Shown here in pieces: positions 49,689-60,257 of a stretch of 60,257 nt of DNA. The notes under the pieces were generated by a model. The model had not been told where the DNA came from. It was given only the letters and a program-made list of their open reading frames with translations, and made no database searches. Position 1 is the first letter of the stretch. Each line of letters starts with the position of its first letter. This stretch comes from Salpingoeca rosetta. Taxonomy: Eukaryota; Protista; Choanoflagellata. The translations under genes and the position numbers were made by a program. The stretch covers positions 1,322,961 through 1,383,217 of the forward strand of contig JAWQFM010000017.1 in the NCBI GenBank assembly GCA_033442325.1, read 5' to 3'.

Positions 49689-51876
49689 ATGTGGTGAAGC
49701 GAACAAGAGGAAGAGGGGTTGATGGGGGGATGATGGACACACACATCGACACACACGCACACACACGCACACGTGTGAATGTGATGTCACTCACTCGTTC
49801 AGCTGTGCTGACATGATGGCTTGCTCTGTGCCCATTGTGTTGTGTTCCCATCCACATTCCCTGTAACCACGCACACATGCACAGGTGCTGAGGTACCAGC
49901 ACACATCAGGATGTTGATGATGGAAGCGGGCTAGCATGCCGGCTGCTGCTGGTGCAACTCCTCTGATTCGGCTGTCGCTGCTGTGCTCACGCAGTGTTCC
50001 CATATGCGTGAGCAAGGTGAGCCCATCATGGCTGCTTTGGTTGGCACATGGCGCATGTGTTGGTGTTGTTGCTGCTGTGCCTGGTGCAGCAGTGTAGCTG
50101 TGCAACTCACATGCAATGTGTGCATGTGTGTGTTTGCGGCTGTAGGGAGCGACTGCGTGAGGATCGTTGGCGGATGATGGGCGGTGCACACACATGATGA
50201 ATTGGGAGGAGCAGCTGTGAACACACACGTCCATGGTCATGGTGGGCACATGCAACAACAGCGACGCAGTCATGTGCGTGTGTGTGTATGTGTGTGTGGT
50301 GGGGCGAGGTGGAGGAAAGCAGAGGAGGGAGCAGGAAGGTGAACACGCCTGCTGTGCTCACATGCCATGCCTGTGCCTTGTGTGTGATGATGCCGTTGTG
50401 TCTTGTCGTTGTGTGTTGGTTGCATGGGCGCCAGGGCCACATCAGAGGAGGGGAAAGCAGCCGCCATGAACGACACATCATCCCCAACATCAACCTTCCC
50501 CAATTCTCTCCCCTTTTCCTCTCTTCCACCTCAGCTCGGCTGTCATCGCCATCATCGCCATCGACTGCACAGCCGCCATCACACTCCGGCCAACACCAGC
50601 TCCAATCTGGCGTGAGGCAGACATTGCACGTGTCAGCCGCTCTGATGAAGAGGTGAGCATGTGTGTGTGTGTGTGTGTGTGTGTCGTGGTGGTGAGTGGG
50701 GACAACATGTATGTGTGTAATTGTGTGTCAATGCGGGTGGTTGGATGGGGATGGCGTGTGATTGATGATGCTTCGCTGTCAACCTCACCACCCGCATTCT
50801 CCTCTTCTTGTGTGTGCACACACGAATCACAGCGTTGAAGAGGCGCATGGAGCGGTGGAACCAACGACGATGACGATGACGAGTGATGGAGGTGAGAAGG
50901 GCGACTGAGATGTGTGTGTGTGTTGGTTGACATGTTGTGTTCCCTTCTTCGCCTCCCTCTTTCCTTGTCCGTTCTGTCCACTCATGTGTCTTTTCTTCCC
51001 CCTTTTTTTTCGATTGATTTGGACACAGGGCCATGCATCCCGTCCCCATCCAACCGACCAACCAAACAGCCGAGCGAGCGAGCAATGGACACGGCGTGGC
51101 AAGGGGCCGTTTGTTTTCACCGTTTTCACCATCAGCAACAGCAGTACCTGATGTGGCTGCATTGTGGATGAACTGGCCCTCTGCCTCTTGTCCATCTCCT
51201 GCTCCTCCTCGTCCTCCTCGTCATTGGTCACCAACAGCAGCGGCTGCGACCGTGAATGTGGAGGTGAGATGAATGGCGGTGGTTGTGGTGACGTGAGTGG
51301 TGTGTGATGTGTTGGGTGTGAACATCAGCATGTATGCGGGTGTGATTGTGCGGTGCTGGTTGGATGTCGTTGGGTCTGTTGGTGGTGGCAATGGGTTTTG
51401 TTGTCGTTGACAGCCTGATTCTGTGCCAACTCACCTCTTTCTCCACACGCACACGTACAGGGGGTGTAATGTGCGTCGATGTGCCGTTGCCTCGCATGAC
51501 GATGATGATGATGATGGTGGTGAGTGATTTGTGGTGGATGTGGACTTGCGTACGCACACGCATGTGCAGGTGTGATGCTTGTGGTGGTGGTGGTGGTGGT
51601 GGTGTGTATCTGTGTTTGGAATGTGCGTGCACAGGTGGTGATGTGGGGTGATGTGAATGTGACAAAAGGAAGGTGGATGTGGTTTGTTTCTGCCATGCTG
51701 GCTCACTGCGTGGTGTGATTCGTGCTAATTTGGTTCTTTGTGCTTGCGCATGTGCACATGCATGTGATTTGCACAGGACGGTGGCCGTTCTGTTCCCAAG
51801 CCCTCATGACACGAGCAGGGCGATACACGCACACACAAATGTGTGAGAAAAGAAGGCACGAGGTGAGACGCTGGGG

Positions 51877-51942
<66 letters not shown>

Positions 51943-54177
51943 GTGTGTGTGTGGTGATGGGGTGGTAGTACACATACGCACGCGTGTACACATGCATGCC
52001 AACACATCAAAGCAGACATTGGCTGTGGGGTGGTGGCACTGACGTGTGTCTCACATGAATCAATCACACAACTCACATGTGCGTGTGCGTGTCCGTGCGT
52101 GGCTGCAGGCGGACGTGTGTGGGTTTCCCCAACCGAATCCCCTTCTTCTTTTTCCAACCAATCGCCTTTGCTCTGTGTCGTCATCATCAGCCTTCCCCAT
52201 GCGATGTGGCGCTGTTGAGGCGTGCTCGAGACAGCGACCAACACAGGTATTGCAGCAGCTGTAGTGGATGTGGATGTTGTGATGGTGGTGATATTTTGTG
52301 CCTGCCTGCTTGCTTGCTTGGGTGCTTGCTTCGTTGTTCTTGTGTATAGGTGATGCACCCGCCCACATCATGCTGCATATTCCCATGCGTGGTCCCTTGT
52401 GTCCCTCCTTTCATGTCCTCACCATCGCCGGTCATTGTTGTTCGTCTCTGGTTGGTTTCTTCTTGCCTCACAGGCACGCAGGGCAGGCTGGCTCGCTGCT
52501 GCTGGTGGCTGCTGTGATGATGGCCGTGCGTGTGCCTGTGCGCTGTGCGCCGTGTTTGGGGCTGCACCGGTGAAGACAAGGAAGGACACGGCCCGTGCCC
52601 ACCGCTCTTCCCCCTTCATCTCCTCTTTCTGCTCCATCAGCGGTGACGAAGGTGGCCGTGGCGTGTGATTGCGGTTCCATTTGTTGGCTCTTCGATGTGG
52701 CACATCGGCTGGCTGGTAAGCTGCATCAAGCACAGGTGAGGATGATTGTTGGCGGTTGGTTGGTTGGTGGGCTGTGTTGTGTGGAGTGGTGGGAAGCAGG
52801 GGAAGGAGGGAAGTGACACGCTGATGGTGGTGATGGTGGTGGTGGTGATGAGGCGACGTGGGAGTGCAGAGCGAAAGGAGGGAGAGGGAGGGGAAGTGAT
52901 AAGAGGGCGATGATGTTGGTTGGGGGATGGGGAGTGCGTGTGCACATCCATGCACGTGATGTCGTGTGGTGGTGGTATCGCATGACAATGGCACACACAT
53001 ATCAGCGGCTCATTCCTTTTCCTTGCACCTGTGCTTGTGATTGTGTGGTTGTGATGATGACTGCAGCAGGCAACACACGGCGGTGGATGCCGGATTGGAT
53101 TGGCTGGGGTTGACTGGCCATCGTGTCATGTCGCCCATATCTCTCCCTCCGTTGCTCATCTCAACTGGGACACATACACAGCGATGTGTGCGTGCGTGCG
53201 TGTACATGTGCGCAGCGCCATCAATCACGCCGACAGCGACACGATGCACGAGGTGAGGGCACGCAATGGTGTGCGTGTTTTTGGTGGAAGGGGTTCGGGG
53301 GGAAGTGGGAGGAAGGCGTTCATCATGGCCACCATCACCGCCTCGGTTGTGTATCTGGCCATGTGACAGTGCATTTTGGGGATGGAGATGGGGAGAGGGG
53401 AGAGATGTTGTCGTTGTGGTGGTGGTTGTGGTGGTTGTGTTGCATTGCTGTGTATGGGTGTGCGTGGTGCGCTGTCTCACTCTGCAATGCCATGTCTGAC
53501 TGCGTGTGTGTGTGTGACTGCAGATGTGCGTGCGCGTGTGCGCATATGTCGGGAAGATGCGTTGATCGACGACGAGGTGTGTGTGTGTGTGTGTGTGACC
53601 TTTTTGTCCTTGTGCCATCACACACAACACACAACACCAAGCACATCACCTTCATCTCACCCCATGTGCTGTTATTGTTCATTCATGCGTGACATGCTCA
53701 CATCCACCCCCTCCCCTTGCTTCTTTTCCTTCTTCCTCCTCCTCTCTGCTGCTGCCACCCCTTCCACTGTTTCCCTCCAACCCTTCCTTTTCACACACAC
53801 GCAGAGAGAGGAGCCCATCCACATCCAACACCCATGCCCACGCATCCAGGCATGACACGCCATGGCGAGCTGTGCCACCTCAACCAACCCAACTCAACCC
53901 AGGCCAAGGAAAGGAAGAGGGGAAGCAAGGACACAAGACGTGGGGCTCCCAACAGATGTGTGTGCGTGTGTGTTGATTGACGGTGTTCTCCTTTCCCCCC
54001 CCCCCTCCATCGCCTCGCCTCTTTCTTCCATGGCGATCTGGCTGGGTGGCTGCTGCCTTGTTTGTTTTCTCTTCCAGCCCTTTGTGTGGCTGGTGGTTGT
54101 CTGTTGTGACTGTGAGAAGGAGGAGGAGAAGGAGGAGAAGAAGAGAGGAGAGGAGAGGGTGCGCATGCTGTCCACAG

Positions 54178-54224
<47 letters not shown>

Positions 54225-57200
54225 TTTCTTCTTCTTTTCCATCCCCCCTTTCTTCTCCCCTTCTCCCCTTCCCTCCTCAGGCTGCAAGGCATGTGAACCT
54301 GCGTTGCATTCACACACACAGTGTTGTTCCCCTTCTTCTTCTTCTCCTTCTGCTTCTTGTCTCATTGAAACCAACCAACCAACCAACCAAGCAAAGCAAC
54401 CAAGCAAAGCAAGTCCGCCCTTCAACAAGCAAAAGCAAAAGCAGTTGCCGCACAAACGCAGCAGTGGGCGATTATTTGTGGCATCTTCCACAAATCGCCC
54501 AAACACGAATCAACAAGACCAACAAGACAAGCGACAAGCGACAGGCGAAAACGTGAATCAAGGTGCGTGTGTGCGTGTGTGTTTGAGTGGGAGGTGGTGG
54601 GTTGCGTTGTTCGTGTGCGTGTGCGTGGCTGGTGGAGAGGAGGGAGAGGGTGTGCGTTGTGACGGGCACTCACTGGCGGTCCTGTTGTGGGTGGTCTCGT
54701 TTGGTTCCATGGATTGTGTGGGGTGTGGTGGGTGATGGTCTGATGGTGCACAGGTGCAAACAGACAACACGCACAGCAGCGCCCACACCATGGATGTGTG
54801 CAGGGCCAAAGGCATGCAAGGCGTTGCCCACGGTCGGTGAGGCTGACATATGTAATGCACAGGCCCACGACACGCTGGCACCGTGAGTTTGGGTGAGTTC
54901 TGTCAGTTGGTTTGACCGCTGTGCGGGTGTTTGTGTGTGATTGTGTGTTTGTTGATGGAGAGGTGGACGTGGCTGTGGTGGGTGTTGTGATCTCACACGC
55001 ACTCCTGCTGCTGTGGATGTATTTGGCTCACGCACACAGAGAGGGATGATAGGCTGCATCGACCCACACGTGAGTGTGTGAATACACGCACACACACGCT
55101 GACTGGCAATCTGACGCCTACCTCACGGTGCGTTGCACTTGCATGTGTGTGACTGTGTGCATGTCGCTCATGCTGTGTCTGCTTGTGATTCACACAGTGT
55201 GTGTGTGTGTATGGTGGCTGCTTTCTTCCCTTTGTCTCACACATGTGCTTGTATGGATGGTGACACACACGCACACACACAGACAGTGAGCGGGTGTGCA
55301 GACACACATCTCCACACAGGCAGGCAAGGCAAGCAAGGCACTGCACACTCTTCTTCCTCCCCCTTCCTCTCCTCCCCCTCTCCCTCTCCTGCTGCCACCA
55401 CCATTGCTGTATGGATGGACCAGTGGATGCAAGGGGTGTTGGATGACGCTGGCTGGCTGATGTCCTTCCCTTGGTGCGTGTGTGTGTGCATGTGTGTGTT
55501 GCATCACTGTTGCTGCTCTCGTTTCCCCCCTGTTTGTGTTTGTTGTGTCTGTTGTGCGATGCTGCTTCTGTGTGTCTGTGTGTGTGTGTGTTCACCACAA
55601 CCACGTCGTGTGCGCCCGTCACCATCGTCTCTGCTCACGCACCGCCCATCTCCCCTTTTCTTCTTCTTCTGCTCCCTTCCCTCTTCCCTCTTTGTCATCC
55701 CCACACACACACGCACATGCACACACACAAGCACATGGACGCTTGTGCAGGGGAAGTGCAGGCTGTTTGTTGGAACCCATGGCAAGGCACGCACAACCAA
55801 GCAAGGACACGAGCAAGCAAGGGCACAGGACAAGCAAGAAAGACGTGGGGCTGCCATAGACCACGCACCTTGTTGGAGAAGGAGGGGAGCATGAGCGGGT
55901 GGTGTTGTGTTGTGTGTGAGTTGTGTCGTGTTGTGTCATGTTGTTGTTGACAGCGGGCACGTCTCTCTCCTTGTATCCCTCTGCCTTCCTCCCTCCCTTT
56001 CCATTTCTCTCTCTGTTCTCTCTTGCCACAGCATGCACACTGCTGCTGCTGCTGTTGTTGTTGTTGGTGGAAGGTGATGATGGCGGTTGATGGGGGGAGT
56101 GAAGCGGTGTGGCGCAGCATGGAGCTGTCGCTTGTTGTGTGTGTTGTGTGTGTGTTGATTGCAGTTGATATGGGGATGCTTTCTCGCTTGTTCCTGCCAC
56201 GTGTGTCTGTGTGTTTGCTTGCTTGCTGTCGTGTTGCTGAAGTGAAGTGGAAACATACAATGCAACACGCATGTGCAGCCGTGTGCATCGTGTGGTGGTG
56301 GTGCTGGTGGCTGGGTGTTGGTGGTTGCAGTGAAGTCGACACGGTTGCTGTGATGTTGTGACATGATTGGATTGGTGGTGAGCTGGGCGTGTGGCTGTGG
56401 AGTGGGTGTTGCATGCAGGTGAGGAAAGCAGCACCTACTTTGAACGTGGGAGTGTGGGGAAAGGATGAAGCGAGCGATGATGGCAGCGACTGGTGGTGAT
56501 GAATGTGAACAGGGATGGTGGTGAAGAAGGCGGCAGTGTGGGCTTGATGGGTTTATGATGTGCTGTAACACATGCAGCATGAAACATGAACGAGACAGGA
56601 AAGGGTATGGGAAGGGGAAAGGGAAGGAGTGGCAGCACAAAGTAGTGAACAGGGACAAGGGAAGGCATGCAAGCGCATGGAAACAACCGCAGCAGTGGCA
56701 AGAATTGAAACAAGACAGGAGGGGTGGTGGAACGCAGGTGAAATGGACAAACAAGGCTTGTGGTGACAAGGTGGTGAAGGAAAGGACGAAGAGAAGCACG
56801 AATGCACACAGCGGGTTGTGTGGTGGTGCTGTGTTGCGTGAAATGAAGTGACGAATGTGTGATGTTGTGAGGATAGGTACTGTGTGGCGGTGAGTGGATG
56901 GAAGAGAGGGAGAGAGACAAGGCTGAATGAAGCATGTGGCAGCAAGTGCAAATCAACAATGGAACACATGGAATGTGGAAAGGCAAAGGGAAGAGGGAAA
57001 GGCGCAAGTGAGTGAAGGGTGAGACAAAGGGACAAGGCGGCACATGCATGGATGTGTGTTGTGATTGTGTTGTGTTGTGTTGTGTTGTGGAGATGGAGCA
57101 AAGGGAGTAGAAGCACAAACATTGCAAGCAGTAGCACGCATGCACGTCGAGAGAAGGTGAAGTGGGAAGAGGAGAAGATGATCGCAGCGAGCTTCTTACG

Positions 57201-57400
57201 CACCTGAACATATTGCTGCTGGGGGCGAGAGAGGAAGCGCAGGGGATGTTGGAGCGTGAATACAAGGAGCGAGGCGATTCTGCCGAGTAAAGTCGTGTGG
57301 CGTGAAGTGGTGATGGGGTGACAGAGCGGTGTGTGAGTGATGGTGTGGATTGATAAAAGGTCGATTGCAGGTGCGTGCAGGCATGGTGGGTGATGCTGTG
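47100..57400. repeat. Gene-free low-complexity region with mixed microsatellites ((CA)n/(TG)n, (CCAA)n, (CCAT)n, (TTCC)n, (CAG)n)
   Basis: No ORF with a recognisable domain; dense short tandem runs. Confidence 0.65.
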
Positions 57401-57434
57401 ACACAATGGCGAGTGAGTGGAGGAGTGTTGTGAA

Positions 57435-57860
57435 GTGAACAAGGTGGAAGCAAGGGAAGTTGTGGGTGCTTGCGAGCAACATGCACAGAGCAAGCAAGCG
57501 TACACACGAAGTGTCTGCAGTGAGTAGACGAGTGTGAATCCAATGGGAGTAGGAGAAGTTGTGAGTGTTTGCGAGTGAATAGAGGAGTGTAGTGTAGTGA
57601 ATCCAATGCAAGCAAGGGATATTGTGAGTGTTTGCAAGTGAACCCAACAGTGAGTAGAGGGTGGTGGAGTGGAATCCAATTGGAAGCAGGAGAAGTTGTG
57701 AGCGTTTGCGAGTAAGTAGACGGATGTTGTGGAGTGAATCCAATGCAAGCAGGAGAAGTTGTGAGTGCTTGCAAGCAACACAGCAGTGGGTAGAGGGATG
57801 TGGTCAAGTGAATCCAAAGCAAGTAGGAGAAGGTACGAGTTCTTGCAAGCAACACAGCAG
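57435..57860. repeat. Degenerate tandem repeat, ~6 units, core GTGAATCCAATGCAAGCAGGAGAAGTTGTGAGTGTTTGCRAG
   Basis: Units start at 57435 (degenerate), 57534, 57597, 57669, 57734 and 57808. Confidence 0.85.
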
Positions 57861-60257
57861 CACTGCACAATCACATGCAAGTGTGCTTGCAGTGAGCAGA
57901 GGATTGCTACTCATCCAATCCACTTTAATCAGAAACACGTTCCCGTGCCTGCAGGCAACAGCTACACACAAATGCATGCACACACACATGCAAACGTGTC
58001 CCTTGCGCTGCTCCTCGTCGTTCTCTGCGTGCTTGCTTGTCTCTTGTCCAATCACATGGAAACGAATCCATCCTTGCTTCTCTACTCCGCAGTTCCTCTG
58101 CTGTGCTCCTTCTTGCTTCAGTGCAGCGTGCCTGCAGGCAAGTAGAAGTGCATACAGCGCAGTGTGCTCGCGTGCACGTGTGCCTGCAAGCCAGCTACGT
58201 GGTCGTGTGCCTGTTGCTGCAGCGCATAGCATGGTACAGTGACGTTTGCTCGTTTGCTCACTTGATCACCGGAGTAGGGAGACTGGCGCGGTGAAGTCAA
58301 AAAGGGGGTGCAGAAAAAGTGCGATCATGTGACACAAAAAAAGCCCAAAGCTGTGACGAGTAGTGTCTGAACACTGCATCGCGATGCACCAGTGCAGCTG
58401 TGCAGCGTGCAGCGTACGCTAGTGCAAGTGCATGCATGCAAGCAGTGGTTGGTCACGGGCCAGGGTATTTTTGGGTGTGAGCAGTGTGAAGAATCTTGAT
58501 GCAGTGAAGCTGTGCGCACTCGCTAGATCCAGTCACAAATCTAGATCTAGCAGAATCACTGAATCTAGATTGCGGTGCCTGCAGGCAAAGTGCAGGAGGG
58601 CAAAGCAGCGGTTCAAACAGCTGCCGCTCGATGGATTGGCATACATGAGAGGAAGGATGCAAATGAGCAAGACAAAAAAGGTAAAGAGAAGGCAAAGGCA
58701 AAGAGCCGCTGAGTAGAGGCGCAAGCAAGAGAGCAAGGCGAATGTCGCTGAGCAGGACTGCTTGCGGGCACGAAAAGCCGCGTCTGCGCCCTTGCAGCTA
58801 CAACTTCTCTTTCTTCTTGGGTCTTGGATCTGCTGTGTTCTGAGCGACCTCTCTCTTCATTTGTGTGTGTGTGAAGTGTGTGTGTGAGTGCAGGCAAAGC
58901 GAAGCGACACTCTTATGTGTGTTGTGAGCAAAGCTTGCACGAGCACGCATGCATGCACAGCACATGCAATGAGAACAGCACGGGCGCGTGTCAGTGTGTG
59001 ATCGTTTATGTGTGTGATGCGTGAGCATTGTGTGTAGGTGTGATGAGGCACATGCGGGGAGGCGAGCAAGCGATTGCTCGTGTCCCCATGTGTGTTCTTG
59101 TGGTCACTCGCATGAGCAAACGCATCATCTGCTTCGCAGAAGCAAAGCAATACACAACATGCGCTTGTGGCGAGCAACGACTGTGTTTGCGGAAAGAGGG
59201 CGAGCTGATTGTTCAGCTTCCTCTGAGTGTGACAATGTGAAGCGCTGGACATTTCTTCTCATACGAACACGCATTGTTGGCTCTTGATTGTTCTTCTCTC
59301 CTCACATTCACATTCTTGTGTGATGTGACGCAGCGAGACGCAGGAAGCAAGCCTGCACGCATGGTGCATTGAGACCCGGGCACAGCGATGTGCCTGGCGC
59401 GTAGATGACGTGTGTGCGCATGAATGGGCATGCATTTTCCTTGTGTGTGTAGCTGTGCGTTGGGAAAAGGGCGATGAGCCAACATGTGTTTGTGTGTTGG
59501 GGAATGGCTGGCAGTTGCTTTGCTGCACACGTGGATGTGGCACAGTGAAAAACAAAACGTTGTCAGCTGTGTGTTGTGGGTGTGGCTGTGGTTGCCTTTT
59601 GAGGCAAGACGCAGCCCGCTGTGACATGCGGGTCGATGAAGTATTGCGCGCGAGAGCAAGCAAAGCTTTGCATGGATTGCTGGTGTTGAGCCAAAAGTCT
59701 ATGATGTTGAAGCAAGTTGCAAGCCGCTGGCGGAGTGACGGCAAGGCACATGGAAGTGTGTTTATCTGCTGTGATCTCTGATAGAGGGCGGGCGCTGTCT
59801 GTCTGTTGTTTTTGAACAGCGGCAGGTGGCGACTGTCCTTGATGATACCAAGCTTGCGCATGCAGGAGGCAATCCCGCCGTGATCGCGGTGTGGATTGTT
59901 CTTCTTGAGAGGGTTCCTTGAGCAACACTCTATCATGAGTGGAGGCAAACTGTGCTGTGAGCACGATGATGATTTTGGGCACGCACACATGCGTGGATGA
60001 AGTACATTTGATGCGAAACAGTGTTGTGTGTTGTTTCGAAAGAGAGCCATGCGCACTGCATGCTGCTGAAAGGCACGTGCCGCCATTGTATTTGTGTGTT
60101 TTTGTGTGTGTTGTGTGAGCAACGTTGCGTTGTTTGCACACACACACATGCACATGCAAGCACATGCGAAACAATGGTGGTGTGTGTTTTGTTGGCAGAG
60201 CAGGTTGTTGTCACTGGCACTCACTGAGAACAGCACACACATTGTGCATATCTGCAT

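Noticed and set aside
57435-57860. CRISPR-like repeat-spacer appearance
   Set aside because: Repeats are degenerate, the linkers are related to each other, there are no cas genes, and the context is eukaryotic.
56435-57880. Long minus-strand ORFs (481 and 396 aa)
   Set aside because: The repeat unit changes frame along the ORFs and no domain is recognisable; explained by compositional skew.

Overview
Eukaryotic, GC-rich, intron-rich DNA. Nearly every intron carries (CA)n/(TG)n microsatellites and there is a 100-N scaffold gap; this style suggests the choanoflagellate Salpingoeca rosetta (inference only). Most ORF-track entries are microsatellite artefacts. Layout: (1) 1-3881, two nested LTR retrotransposons: the 3' part of a Ty1/copia element (+; RT/RNase H, PPT, 3' LTR 1892-2232) inserted into a Ty3/gypsy element (-; 5' LTR 3474-3881, PBS, gag, GGGAAAC -1 frameshift plus hairpin). 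Between pol and the PPT, the copia element carries an intact antisense ORF with a Josephin-family (MJD deubiquitinase) Cys-His-Asp signature; this is the main finding. (2) 4.2-44.4 kb, three head-to-head pairs of spliced genes: SMYD4-like/MFSD8-like, TRM5/Spinster, and CID-domain RPRD1-like/a giant sacsin-like protein ending in a RING finger. (3) An intronless secreted 7-repeat beta-propeller gene, 44897-46102. (4) A single 5S rRNA gene (-) with an upstream TATA-like box and a T8 terminator. (5) About 13 kb with no credible gene, containing a dimeric ~63-74 bp tandem repeat and a possible decayed hAT transposase fragment. Exon boundaries were read by eye and are approximate.
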